Shown: positions 38,867-53,800 of the stretch, piece by piece
Position numbering within the stretch: the first letter of the stretch is position 1
Layout: the number at the start of each line of letters is the position of its first letter
Program-made: the position numbers and the translations under genes
Notes under the pieces: model-generated
Told to the model about the DNA's origin: nothing
What the model saw: only the letters and a program-made list of their open reading frames with translations
The model's database searches: none
From: Chrysomallon squamiferum
Lineage: Eukaryota > Animalia > Mollusca
Reading direction: 5' to 3'
Length of the DNA stretch: 64,000 nucleotides
Assembly: GCA_012295275.1 (NCBI GenBank)
Contig: CM022673.1
Location: 29,946,001-30,010,000, forward strand

Positions 38867-41800
38867 ATGTCTTCAAGACCTCGTCCTGTTACAGCAACTG
38901 TAACCAAGCCACAATGGATGGATATGGCAGATGATGATGCTGTTGCCTATGCACGTAGACATTCTCTTGGTTCCACAGGGTCAACAGCCTCGCTGACTTC
39001 AATCCTTGATCACAACAGTTATGAGAGTATTCCAAGTGAGGAAGAGGAAGAAAGAATGAGACATAAAACATACATAGAACAGAATGAGCGTCTAGAACAA
39101 CAGTAAATATTCCTTTTACACATTTACTCCAAGTGTGAGCATGCTGTATGAGCACAAAAATAAAATCTCTCATAACTCAACAAATAGTGAGGAGGCAAAT
39201 CTTCAGTTTTTCTAAAGATCAGGTTTTCTAAAGATCAGGTTTTCTACACATTTCTACTCACAAAGAACATTTGAAATAATGTTCAGGTCTTTGGGAAATC
39301 CTGTATGTAAGCAAAGTTCTGAAATTTAGTCACTATCTCCAAATGGAATTCCCAACTGAGGATTGCTCCTGTTACAATAATGATAATAGTTTCATTTTAC
39401 TTTTGGTATTTTATAGTCATCTAATAATAATATAACATTTATATATTTTAATCAAGTTTTTAAATCAACTTTTTTTTACAGATTTAGAGAGCTTAATAAA
39501 AAAGTGGAACAGATAGTCCTTAATGATTGCAATGACTGCAAGGTGTCGGGAGATTCTAATCTTTCCTCATGGGAGAATTGGATTATAAACAAAACTAAAG
39601 AAGACAGATACTTAAAAAGATTAAAGCTGCAAAAAGAAAAAGAAGAAAGACGTAAAAGAGAAGAAGAAGAAGAAAACAAAATAAAAAATTTGGAAAAGGC
39701 TGAAGAAATCCGAAAGAAATGGATTGAGAAAAAACAAGAAGAAATCAGACAACAGAAAAGAGAGATGAAAGAAAAAAAAATGAAGGAAGCAATGGAAAAG
39801 AAAATGAAAGAGGAAAAAATCTTACAAGATTCTCAAAAGAAGTTTGAGGAATGGTTGGATAAGAAAAGGAAAGATAGTCAAAAGAAGAAAGAAGCAGAGA
39901 GGATAAGGAAGAAACAAGAAAGAGAGAAACAAAAGGAAAAAGAAAGACGAGCTCAGGAGGAGTATGAAAAGTGGCAGAAAATGGCAAAGAAAAGACCCAA
40001 ATCAGCTCCTTGTAGTGTGGGAGTCCTGGGAGGCAAACTTACTCGTAAGTAGACTTTCACAAATTTATTACATATTTATTACCAAATGAATTTTTTCTTT
40101 TTCAGATTTAATATGGCTTCTCTTCAGGCATTATACATACAGATGTGATTATTTTTATTTATACAAAACAAGAAAATAAATGCAGTTATGGCCTGAGATT
40201 AAAGTATTAAAAGTACACTTTTAGAATGTTAAAATCATTTGGTAATTAAATTTTTGTCATTAATGTTTAATCATTGTTATTAAAAGTTAAATATCGTTTA
40301 CACTTTATAGTTGATACATTTTAATTATTTGTGTTTTTCAAAGTAATTATTCTCAGTGAATATTATATTTTAACATGCAGAATAAATAAAAACACAAACA
40401 GAAATAAGTAAATTTATTATGTAAATAATATACTGTAAATAACTTATAAATTTTCAATAATAATCAAATAAATGAATTAAAACTACATTTTATATGCAAC
40501 AGTAAATAGTCCACAGTCAGTGAAGTGAAAGATTTAGAAATAAAGAAATTATAAAAACTTTAAGTAATCATATTTTTCGTAATTAAAATGAATACATCAG
40601 TTGCATTTTTTTTTTGCTTATTACAGATACATTTTTTTCTTTTACTGATTTAGCATTTACTGAATATAAAATGTAATTAACATAAAGTAAACACTTGTTT
40701 CATTAAAAAATCCTGAACAAACTGGTCTTTATTGTTACAAGTTCTGTCCCTTTCATTATAAAAAAAATACAGTCTCATTTTTACTTAACACACAGAAAAT
40801 ACACAAAATTATATTAATTTATAATTAAAGATTCTATAATAACAAATGGTTAAAAAATAAATGTCTCTAGCTCTTACTCTGTTTGTGTGTGTGGGTATAA
40901 AAAGTAAACTTTTTGTATTTATATACATATATTCTGATCACATATCTGTTATTGTCTTTTTTCTTCATTAACTATTTATTATGTCACAAGTTTACATATA
41001 CTTTTGTTGTTTTAATTTGGATCATCCTGGTCTGTTGGTGTTGTTTCAGGGTCAGAGGCTGCACCTTCTGGTCCTTCAGTAATTGAGTCTGTTGTTTTTT
41101 CTGTGGGTTCTTGAATGACTGAGTCTGTCCCACCGGTATCTGATGACTGTCCTGTTATCTTTTCATCAGAATTTTCTGTCTTTTCTGCAATCTCACCCAC
41201 TGTATCTTCTGGGATAGGTTCAATCTCTTCAGGATGTTCTTCTTCTTGGAGAGCAGCTTTCATTTGAAAAATTTCAGACTTGTCTTCTTTGAAAACAGTA
41301 GTAACTCGATTTTTCTGAAAACAAATAATACAAAATGAAAAATGGAATAGTTTCTGTTATTTTTATTTTCCTGTCTAAAATTATTCCTATTTTGTAAACA
41401 ATAATCATATATACATATAATAAAAGAAAAGAAATATTTATGAGAGTCCAGAAGAAAAAAAATCCTTACCACATCCTTTGCGTCAGGGTCTGCTCCATGC
41501 TGCAGAAGAATATCTACAAGATCATCTGAGATGGCCATTGCATAATGCAGTGGAGTTCGATTCCACTGAAAAAAAAAGTATTTCTTTGTTAAGCAAACTA
41601 CATAAAACTGATGAATGAAGCAATATCATATATATTGCTGATGTTTATTTACACACTGAAGACATAATTATCTTGTAATAATATTTAAATAGGAAAAAAT
41701 AGTAGGCTAGTCTTGTAAGAGAAAGTAAGAGAAAGTGGTCATAATATTGCCCGCTACCTTTAAACAGGAATCTTTAACTTTTATAGAATACTATTTATAT

Positions 41801-44800
41801 ATGGTACAAAGGTGATAGTTCAACAAGTACAAATGTCCTACATGGGTGAGAATGATTATCATTTGGAGATTTACTTGAATTATCATCTACTGCAGTGTAA
41901 TCTTTTTATGAAAATGGTTCTCTTTTCACTGCTGATTGGATACAGATTTTGACTGTTGTGTACATATTTTTTTTATACATTTATTAAAAATGTTTAGTTT
42001 ATGCAAGTACTCATTTTAACATATACCAAAAATTAATCAAAAAGAAATTCAAACACAGCAGCATCCTCGTGTTCATCATAAATCAGTGAAATTACAAAAT
42101 AAATGATAAACTATCATTAGTTCAGAGAAATAGAGAAATAAATAAATAAATATGTATACTAAATCTTTATGGACCAACTTACATTGTCTCTGCATTTTAC
42201 TGTGATAGGAAAATTTTTGACAATGTACTCCACTATGTCTTTGTGTTCTAACAACACAGCCATATGAAGAGGTGATCGCCCCAGCACATCTTTAGCTAAT
42301 GCCAGTTTCTTCCTTTCTATAGCAAGAGCCACATTTCGTAAATATCCTTTCTTTACAGCATTAAACACTGCTGCTATCTTTTCCTGGGAAACAAAATTAA
42401 ATGGAAACAGAAATATTTAGATTTCCATGACTTCTTTTGTGACAAAATTACCCCCCCACCAAAAAACCCCCCACATAAACAAAAAAACAAGCTAAAACAA
42501 TTTTTATATATATTAATGAAAGTAATATTTAAGAAATAAGTCAACTGAATATAAACATCAGTTGTTGATCTATATATCTCTCTATGTAGTGTTAAATATT
42601 TTATATCCTATAAACAAAAGTAACAGCTGAGATGTTCAAATAATATCTTTACCCAGATATTTCTAAAACATTTAAGGATTCGAATAATAAATTAAATTAG
42701 GCTGTTTCCTATTTTTTTTCATGTTTTAAAACTTGATGAGTGAAGGTATAAATTAGTTACCTCTAACTCGGGGAGTGTTTTAATAAATTCAGTAACAACC
42801 TCTGGTAGGCCTTCTGTGCTCACTTGGTTCAGAATTGCTTTGAGCTTGTCATAGCCATAGCCATCAATCAAAAGTTGCTGGAGGATGTCAAGTTTCTCTT
42901 GTTCTATGATGTTGCCAATGTAGGAATCTGAAAACAGAAATATGTCACATTTTTCTTCATTGTAAATTGGAGCTGATAAATTTTGTTAACTGAATCTTGG
43001 TTGGAGAAAATATCACAAATTTAGAAAAGACATTTTAAAAACAGCTACTAACCTATAATTTCTACATTTTCATTTAAGTTGAATTCCATGGCAATGTCAC
43101 GTGGTGTCTTGTTATGTACATCTCTCTCTGCCAGACTATAGTTCATGTCAAGCAATGATAACAGATCAGCCCCTGAAATAAATAGCCCAGAACAACCATT
43201 TCTTAATTTGGAACAGATAATTTGATTTACTAAATATATATAAATAAAATGTTGGAATAACTGTAATAGTTTATTTGCATTGCATTATTTCCATGAACCA
43301 AATATGATTTTCTATAAAAACTTGATTTACATTTGACTTTATTTACAACTGTGAATGGATTTTTTTTTTTTTGACTCATATGTTCATCATGATTGTAAAC
43401 ATTTATTTACTTGTCTGATGACATCTAATTGCAGTTAATTTTTGTGCTGTGGTGTTATTAAATATTGTTATAAAAAATTGATAAATGTAGGCATGCAGGA
43501 AAATTTGCTTGTACCTGCTTGTCCAGCCATTTTATGTAGTTCGGTCTGTCCATTCTCATCTTTTTCGGTATATATACTTCTTTCTTCTTTTTCTTTCTCT
43601 GCTGCCTTCTCAGCCAGAGCTTGTTCTGTTATTCTAGAATGGAAAATAACAGTAATATTTATAAACACACGAAACAAAAATCTTGACCATTAACAGTCTT
43701 CACAATAATTCCATGTTTTATAATCATGGATTAATTTTTATTACTTTTATTTATGAATTTTAAAAATTATTAATATTATACATAAAATCATTATAAGGAA
43801 TTAAATATATTTTATATATGATTTTCAGAAAACTAATAATTGAAAATAATGTATGGTACAATAGGATTTATTTTTATTAGAAAAGTATATTGCAAACATA
43901 TGAATTTTAAGATATACAAATCATTATTATAGGATAAAATTGCTATGAAAATTACATTTTATTATTAATATATATTACCTTCGACGTCTTTCTTCTTCTT
44001 CTCTTTGTTTTCTTTCCTCTTCTTCTTTAGCTCGTCTCTTTTCTTCTTCAATTGCCTCAATCCGCTTTTGTTCTTTCTTCCGTCTGAATTTCATTACCTC
44101 TGCTTCCTGTAATTCTCTCTCTTCTCTTTTAATTTCATTCAGAAGATCTTCTTGCTGGAGACAGAAAAAAAAAATAAAATAAAATAAACAAAAGACAAAT
44201 TCAAATTGTGCTGTAATTGAAATATTTCTGTGTGTAAAACATTTGCAAAGACTGAGGCTGTGTAACTTCAAGTAATTTCTTGGAAACGTAACATTCCTGC
44301 TCCTCAGCAGAACAATATATGATAAAAAAAAAAAAAAAAGACAGATATTAATATTAATTTCATAAAGCTCACAGTTACAAAAAGCCAAAATAAGAGCATA
44401 TTTGTTATTTTTAAAACAAAAAGAAGAAGAAAAAATCCTAATACTTTAATCTACCACAATGAAAACACCAAACCATAAATATTAGGAATATACAATTATA
44501 CATTAATAGATATTATATTACTTAAAACAAATCTACAAATTTAGATATATTTAAGTCTCACCCTTTGATTGTAGTCAAGATTCTCCTTGTATTTGTATAA
44601 CCAGTGAGCAAGATATTCAATGGGATCCCATGGCCTGCATTCTGCTATTTCAGCCAGAGCCATGGTCAGAGCTGTGCCCAAATTTTTGGCAACATATTTT
44701 GCATCCACTGTTTCAGGTGGTGGAACATCTCTTTTAAAATAAATATCAGTGGAAATGTACATTCTAAAGGGCTGTCTTGAGAAGGGTGGGGTGTGGACTT

Positions 44801-47800
44801 CTTCCTCTGAAACATAAATTTATTTTGTTTCCAAAATTATTTCTTAGGAAATGTACCTCTGTTAATCATATTATTCATTTATTTATTTAATCTGCCATGA
44901 TATATATATATATTTATATCAACAACTAGGTATTTTCAATAAACTGTTTCTATATAATGATCTTATTTCCAGTGTTTTTAATCCACATGTTTAATAAAGG
45001 GAAAAAAAGTTAAAACCATTTAAACAGTTAACCATCAAGTGGCCTATCTAATAAAATAAAAAAATGATTTTGCATCATATAATGAGATATATTGGTAAGA
45101 TCCATCAACATCTGAATGTTCTGATCTCAGTCACATTTAACTGTATCCATGAACAACTTAGCAAATATTACTTTTATTTATGTTTTTCAATAATTTCAAC
45201 TTCACATTAATTCAGAAACTATGTTCACTGCACAAAATGCACTCTTTTCTGATTTAAAGGAAGAAAAGTGAAAGTTTACTACCAACCAGACACATGACTT
45301 GACTTGGATTCAGCATTTGAAGGAGCCAGTGATGTCTTGCTTCTCAGATCGTTTGGTCTGGTTCTTTCAGCTATCTCTAGCATTCTTTCTCTTACATTAT
45401 TAATAACCATTTCTTCAGGATTTTCAAAGTAATATAATGGAGTTTTTCCAGCCTGAAATATTGGTAATAGAATAATTGTTTTATGAAAAAATAAATAAAA
45501 ATGAATTTTCTGTACATTATGGATCCACAGGATTCTCAAATAATAATACAGAATATAGAATGAGCCATATATATATTTTTAATTGTTCTCTCAAATCCAC
45601 TCTAAAAAAAAATACAACAACAGAAAAAACAAGTACTATGGACAAATAGCAGTAAAATTTTGACAAGCCCATCGAGTAGCTGTATGATGTTTCTTCTCAA
45701 TAACATGAATAAAATGAATGCAATTCATCATACCACATCTTTGATAGTGTCATCAGCACCAGCTTCTTTCAGCAAGTCAAAAATATTTTCTTCATCATCT
45801 GATCCTGCTGCATAATGAAGAGCTGTCCTCCCCATCTAAAGAACAAGAATATATATTTTTTTATTATAGAGGATTTTATTATCTGAGTATGTTCAGATTC
45901 TGAGACTGAAACTGATAGAAAACAATGAATTAATGGATTAGAAAAATGTAATGAAAATGCACACACACACTACACAGATAATGTATAATATGCAAATGTG
46001 TTTACACATTTTTGAAGATACCTGTATTAAAGTATGTTACTGAACAGAGAAAGAAAAGTTATTTTTACACTAACATTATCAGTGAAATTTATTGTATCAG
46101 GAAACTCAGACAGAATGAACTGTATAATATCAGATTTCCAAAAGATGACAGCTTTCTGCAGAGGAAAGGTTCCTGTTTGGTCAGCTGCCATAGCCAGCAT
46201 CTTTCTGTCCATCAAATTTTTCAAATCTCTTAGACGCCCTTCTTCAATGGCTTTATGAATACGTGCAATTTTAAGCTAAAAAGTTTGAAAAAAAACAAAC
46301 AAATGTTATGGTAATATTTTTTGAGTATTTCTGGATTTTTTAAAAATATTTTTATGCCTGTAAATTAGAAAAGCAAAAACCTTTAACTTAATTATAATCT
46401 ACTGTAGTGCTATTGTTTTAAGAAAATGAATGAAAATGTTTTTGATTAGATACAGAGTTTGAGTGTTGTATACATATTTTTTATACATTATTAAAAATAA
46501 AATAATGAAAATTGAAAGACCAGTTTAATATTTAGTAACTTATAATGCACATAAACATTGATATATTTATTTTGAAAAGGATTCTAAATTATGTTTTATT
46601 CCAGTTACTTCACATTTTTGGGAGAGTATTTATTTTTACTAATTTCTTAAAGTTTGCTTTTCCTTTTACATTTTATTTTTCTTTTTTCAAATTTAGAAAA
46701 CAATCCTGGGACACAGCTCTAACTAGAATTATAACAAGAAATAATTTAAGAATTAGATATCAATTTTTGAAAAATTATCAACAAATCAATAATACTTGTG
46801 TTTGCTCCAACTTTTCGAAAAATTCTCCAATTTCTAATGATATGAGGATAGCGTCTTGCTTTGTGAGTGGCCAGGAATTCCAGCCACTCAAAAGGAGTCC
46901 AGTTAGCCTCTCAGTGTCACTGTTTTCTGCTAGCTGTTTGATATAGTTATTCACTTCAGTCTCAGCTTCTGGGTAATAAGACTGGATGGTGATCATATCT
47001 AACACAGTGTATCCATTGATGTCCCTTGCTCCAATGTCCACTTTTTGGACCAAGGCCTTGAAAATGTCCAGGTCGACTCTGATAAAGACTGCTGCATGCA
47101 GTAAGGAACGTCCTAGACTGTCTTTGATGTTGAACTCTTCTTCTGATTCTTCAAAGATTTGATTAAAAGCTTCTAAGTCATTTGCCTCAAGGGCTTTGTA
47201 GATTGCTGTTTGTTCCATTAGTGTGTCTGTGAAGAGAAAAAGACATGTTAGAGAAAATACATGACAAATGAGAAAGAAAGAAAATATTTTCAAGAAGCAG
47301 CTTAATATGGAAAAGAGACCGATATACAAATCTGCATATAATTATTCTGAAGATATTCTCTTAACCATAATTAATGTAAAGAAAAAAAAAATTCAAATTT
47401 TTAATTTAATTTTAAAATGTATAGTAATTATGCTGAATAATTTTAAACTTCTAGTATAGCAATTATACTGTGATGTGAGTAGTAATAAATAATTAAAAAT
47501 AATTAAATAGGTGATGTCTAATAATAATAATAATAAACTTTAAAAAATAAATTTAAAAAGCTGTTGAAATTATCAACATGCTAACATCATGCTTTAAATA
47601 AAATGATTAAAATGATCAGTGATTTTAGAACAGATGAAAGCATTCACTTAAACATGCAATGTATACATAAAGTTATAATTCCTCAGTATGGTTTATTCTT
47701 ATTTATCATACTTATAAGTACCTTAAGATGTATGAATTATATAACTGCCTGATTACAACCCTGCCTAACCTGTTACATAACCTGCACTTTACTTACCTGT

Positions 47801-50800
47801 AATAAGTCTGATTAACTCAATATAATCTGTAAATTTCCTAAGTAAGGATGTGCAAAATGTATAAATTCAGCTGACCATAACCAGTGAAAACTACTGCTTG
47901 TTGCTAAGGGAGATGTTTACATTGGCAACAATGCAATCCTAGTTATATAAATAGCTTTCTCAGGTTCTTGTGTGACTCACTTATTTATACCTCTATAAAA
48001 GATCTGTGCACAATGAGAGGCTTCCCTTTTATCAGAGTTCTCCAGTCAAGCAACTCTGTAATCTTATTAAAAAAAAACTTGACCTTGTGACCCTGTTGTC
48101 ATGATAATACTGTTTATTATTTAAAGAAGAAGAAAAAAGTAATATCTGTGACTGATTCAAGGTTTGAATTAAATTTCAGAAAAACATTTGATAAATTTTG
48201 CTTTATGAAACTGATAAGAAAACCTTATCTTTGTGTTATAATTATACATATTATTTTTATTAGTGTACTTGTTTCTATTGTTAAGAACAACATGATTGAA
48301 TGTTTTTTGGGTTTTTTTAATAACAAAAGTGTTGTAACAAAAGCATTAAGGTGTTTGTCTGCGTGTGGTGGTTGGTATGTTAAAGCAGAACAAAAAGTGT
48401 TGGATCAATAACAACTCAGTTACAAACGTGCTGTGTATGCAGGGTAGCTCAGCACAATTTGTTTATTGAGACTGTGTGAAGCCAATAAACATTACTGCTG
48501 GGCTGTATCTTAGTGGTTAGAGCATATACTTTTGTTAGGATTAGTCCTTAGGTTAGCTTAAAGCTTGTGTTCCACATTTGTCAGTAACCCTTGGTATGTA
48601 CTTTCCCGAGCAGGTAGAAAGTCTGATAAACTAAAATGGAGTACTGGAGTAATGGAGCTGTCACCTAATAATAGAGCGGTTTAGGGGGTTTTTACAAACT
48701 GTTCCAATTAATTTTCTTATTATTTTATAAATATGAAAATATACCCAGTTCAGTGTGTGTGTACACAAATATGCACTAACACACACACACAGATATATAA
48801 ATTGGATACATTACTTTTTGAAAATCAATTAGATACAAGTAGCTGTGCTCAGCAATAAATAAATGTTTAATTTACCAGATATTAATATTTAAAAAATTAA
48901 TCTTAAAAAAATCCCAAGTACAATTGGACTTTGGCATATAAAAAGTATAATATATGGTGGGGAGGGCAGAGGAAACTGAAATTAATGTGTGTGTGTGTGA
49001 AGAGAATATTTTAATAATAACAAATTTACAGAATTACAGTAATATTAGTAATCAGTAACACCAAACAACAAAACCTACTGTAATGAAAGTTCAGCATTCC
49101 CCATAAATAAAACAAAGACTATATAAAAACGGTTTCACAGTGGCAGAAATGTTTTTGTTAGTAGTATGTTGAAAATATATTTAATTATTTTTATGGAAAA
49201 CTTTTCTGAGAAATGACAGATGTTGCAGTACTCAGTACAGTACAGTATATAATTATTAGGAATATAATATGAAAATAAAGTATGTGGCGTTTAATTTCTT
49301 TTGATGTGTGCGATCATCCCCATGAATGATTGAATAGCGTAGAAATAACCATTAAACAAGACGGCGACACCATTTACCTTCCACCCTTGGCCTTATGTCA
49401 CATTTCCATTACGACAGAAGGTAGCACGTATTAATACACATAGAGTAATGATAATATTGGACATTCTTAAATATTATTAGTACCTCATTTATTGTATTTG
49501 AGACTGTGGTTAAAATAATTTTAACCCTTCTCCCAAAGTTGTATTTAAACAAAATGAATATTTGAAGGAATAATTCCTGTTACGCGCTACAAAATAAAAT
49601 ATCAAAGATCAAATAACTTTACTTTTATCTTCGAGGCTAAATCATTACCAGTTTTAATATATACTGTTTATAAATATAATATATTTTCACAACTTGATTC
49701 AGAATCGGTAATAAACAGTTCGATAGTTTATACACTGACGTTTTTTAGTCTTTTAAGTCTAATTATGCCGCCATTATTATGATATACGTTGACGCTGCGA
49801 CGACACCTAACGACATATTCCAGTATAAGGTTACTAAACTGGCTGTTAAATTCTGAGGTCATCATAAATTATTTATTTTTAATTTGTCCTGTAAGGAAAA
49901 GGGAAATGAAAGAAAGAAATCGGATATTAAGTTACATTCTAAACCAATACCATCGTTTCTGATAAGTAAATAGCAAAATAACAAAGATTTGTACGACATT
50001 ATTATTGCTCGGTGCAGTAAACAAAACAAAATAAATAAATATTAAAAATTCAGAAAAAAAAAGAAAAGAAAAAAGAAAGAAGCCCAACAACATACGATAA
50101 TAGTATTTTGAGAATTAGAAACTATTTGTATTCTAATTTCTTCCGTTGAGGAACGCATCATATCTAATCACGTGAACACGGCCTCGTTTTAAAATCGGTG
50201 GAAAAACTGTTTGCTGTTTATTGTTACTTCTCCAGTTTGAGTATATAAATATCTTTAAAAAAAAACAAGCATAATTTACGAATAACTGGTTGCAAAATAA
50301 ATATGTTAAATAACACTAGATAAACAAAAGATTAATAAATGTCTAAAAATACTATTTTTATATTCGGTAAAACGAAATAACATTAAAATAGTAGTTGTGG
50401 TAGTAGTAATATTAACGATAACAGTAGCAATAATAATAATTAAATATGTAAATAAATAAAATATTATTCATACCATAGTAAATGAAACAAGATTTGTAAA
50501 ATATTACAGTAGTTAACTGTAATGATAATCATAATGATGATGACATTGATACATGAATAATTATATCGACATTAACATTAAAGATCATACTTCTAATAAG
50601 TTGCTTTGCCATTGTTTCCAGATTGAGGAGATGAGGATTTCTGAGATAATCAGAGGCTGTCAAACCCCACTGAAATGTAAAAACACAGTTTCATTTAGTT
50701 TATTCTCTTATCTTCTACTAACATTAACTGTATCAACTCATGCTGAAATGTCCAACGTACATAATGCATTGTTTCTGTTTTAAAAGTCTGATTCAATCCA

Positions 50801-53800
50801 CGTTGTTGAAATGATAAAAAGAAGGACATTTAATAAAAATATTGTGACACTTATGTTTAATTTAAAGTAAACATTTAATGATGAGTTGAAATATAAAAAG
50901 GTTGTATAAAGTATATAAAATTTACTTAAAAGTGTTAATTTCTCAAATATTATAATGTAATGAGGGATATATTTTTATATTTTATTTTTATTTTTAATTT
51001 TTTTAATTTCAATTTTGTTAAAAATGCTTTATATAATGTTACATGCATGATACATGCATTCATACAATATAAATAAAGAAATTAATATTAATTTTTACAT
51101 CTGTCTGAAGAACAGGACAAAAAAACAAAATTCCATTAAACATCCTGCTTGAAGTGGTGCAGAACAAAGGACAGAGTTCTCGGAGGCAATTCTGACCTGC
51201 CTAACCAAGACACAGAACATTGTGGATTTGATATACCTTTTGTATGCTTTTGTTACTTGATTTGAGCATTAAAAGTCCTTAAATTTGTTGTTAAGAAAAA
51301 AAGTAAAGAAATAGACATCAAATTAAAAAAAAAAAAAAAAAAAAACAAATCGGACATAAAGAAAGAAATAAAATGTGAAAAAGTGATAAAAAAAATTTAG
51401 TTAAATAAATCATTTTAAACACCATTGTAATAAGGATATTTAAAAAAAAAAAAATCTCCATAGCCTTTTACTTAATGTTAGGAATCAAGAAGAACAAATA
51501 TTAAATGATACTTTTATTTTATACATGTCTCTTGCTCTCTCAAAAACAAAATTTTGTACCTACCAGGTCAAGATAATTTTGATTCAGTTCAGATGCCAGT
51601 AATCTTCTGTACATAGTACTGTCAACATCAGTGCAGTAGTGCATGGCTGTCCTGCCCATCTTTATAACAAAATGTGTATTTTTAACATTTTTATTACAAA
51701 TTCACTCCAAAAATAAAACTGCAAACACAAAACATGTACTTAAGATACACCATCAAACAAATTAATTGGGTGATCATTAAAGAGTTCAATACACTTTTTT
51801 GACTATTAGTTATTTGTATATTGTTTATATAGGTTTCATGTAATTTAAAAAAAATACTAAAAAACAATTCATTGTATTAACTAACAAAAAATATGTATAT
51901 ATGAAATAATTATATAAACTTTTATCATATAATTTTTTGTCATCTCTTATGACTGCTGATAAATATAATATCAGTCATATTTCATATTTCATTCTATATT
52001 CTCAGTAGCATAAACTTCAGAAGTCATCATCCATAAGACAGACAGGGAAAATTCCAGTGCTGGTTCTTACCAGAAGTTGTAGAATTATATGTTCTATCAA
52101 ACTAAACCTATAAAACATGTTGTCTTGGCAATGATTGATTTATTTTGATTTTAAGAAAAAGTTAATAAATTCATTGACATACCATTTAAATTCCAAATGT
52201 TTATAAAAATAATTTTTTTTTAAACTTTTGTATTAATAAGAAACTAACAATCTTCTTTGAAGGCAACATATATGATCAACTAGATTGATTTAATTTAATT
52301 CTGATTTAATTGACTGTTACTAAATTAGTTGGTGGTAAATAGTAACTGTACTTACATCATCAACTTCACTGACAATCTGTGGATAGATATTGAGGAGATA
52401 TTCAAAACACTTGACACTGTTAAAAATTACAGTTTTGATGAAGAGTGGAATACCAGATCTATCACATGCTGTAATGATTTCATCTTTTCCCAAAACATCT
52501 CTGCAACATTCACCTCTGCTGTATTCACTAATAATTTCCTTCAGTGCATCCACATTGTTGATTACAACTGACTGATGCATTCTCTTCACCAGTTTCTAAA
52601 AATATAAAATAAAATTGCAAGAAAGAATGTAAATAAAGGAAAAGATTGTATTTGTTTTTAATGTTATAAAACATTTGCAATTACTGCTACTGTCATTTTG
52701 GGTTTTACTTTGTTTTTTCATTGATTTTCATGGTGGTGGTCAATTGCAGCCATTGCTTTAATGTTGTTGTACTGTCTTACAAAATAATTCTGCTTTTATA
52801 TGTAACAGAACAAATAACACTATGAGAGTATAAAGATATTGCCATACCATGTAGTAATATATTAAATGATTTTCACTAGGTTATAAATACTTGGATATAA
52901 TCATTTTTAATAGATTTAGGTGTGCTTTATTATTATTATTTTTTACTTTTTATTTATTAATATGTTTCTTCTGCCATTTTTTCATTTTCATATTAACAGT
53001 CATTTTTATTTATTTTTTGTTTGTTTTACTAGTATGTGTATATTTATATATTATTAAAAATGTTTTTATTATTTTACTTATTATTATTTCAGACAGTTCT
53101 GTAATTTTTATGTTATACCTGTATATATTTAATGTGTTCTAGAAAATTTCTTGATCTTTCTGGTAATGCATTCTTGTCTGTTAGCTTGTTAAGTGGAGGC
53201 CAGTGAAGCCAGCCATTAAGTGCTAGTCTTTTCAGACGAGCAACGTCATCATCAAATAGATACTTCAGTACTTCTTTCTTGAAAATGTCTATTGGTTTGT
53301 GTTTTTGCATCTGAAAGAGCAACAAATCCATTGCTGTGTAACCATCAACGTTATGTAAAGAAATATCCACTTTATCCACAAGAAGTTGCAAAATCATTTC
53401 ATCAGCTCTATGAGTGACAGCCAAGTGCAAATAACTCCACCCTTCCAAACTTCTCACATGTGTAGAATGGCCATTATCTAGAAGAGTCTTCATAAATATC
53501 ACATCATTCATAATTATTGCCTCATAGAGTTTGGTTTCCTCAAACAGCTTTGGTTCTTTCTCTGTTGTAATACCAAGTCCATTTTTAATGGATTCTTGTA
53601 TTTGTTGTTCTTCTTGTCCTTGTGCAAGCTGCATAATACTTTTCTTTCTGTGAATGTTGATGATTGTAGGCAGACTGGATGTTGTCTGGTATTCTGTCAT
53701 TAGCAGATTCTTGTCTCTCTGAGGTTCAGTTTTGTTGAGATTTGACAAGCGGAACTGAAGACCAGATGGATGAGTGAGCTGGAGAGTCTCGAGGTGATAC

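Noticed and set aside
39745-39987. Antisense hydrophobic ORFs (also 39476-39679, 16589-16846, 26142-26381)
   Set aside because: Shadows of K/E-rich or other real exons on the opposite strand.
51080-51200. Minus-strand segment AGQNCLRELCPLF as the exon after 51564
   Set aside because: The exon at 50669 (WGLTASDYLRNP) matches the paralogous modules much better; at most an alternative terminal exon.
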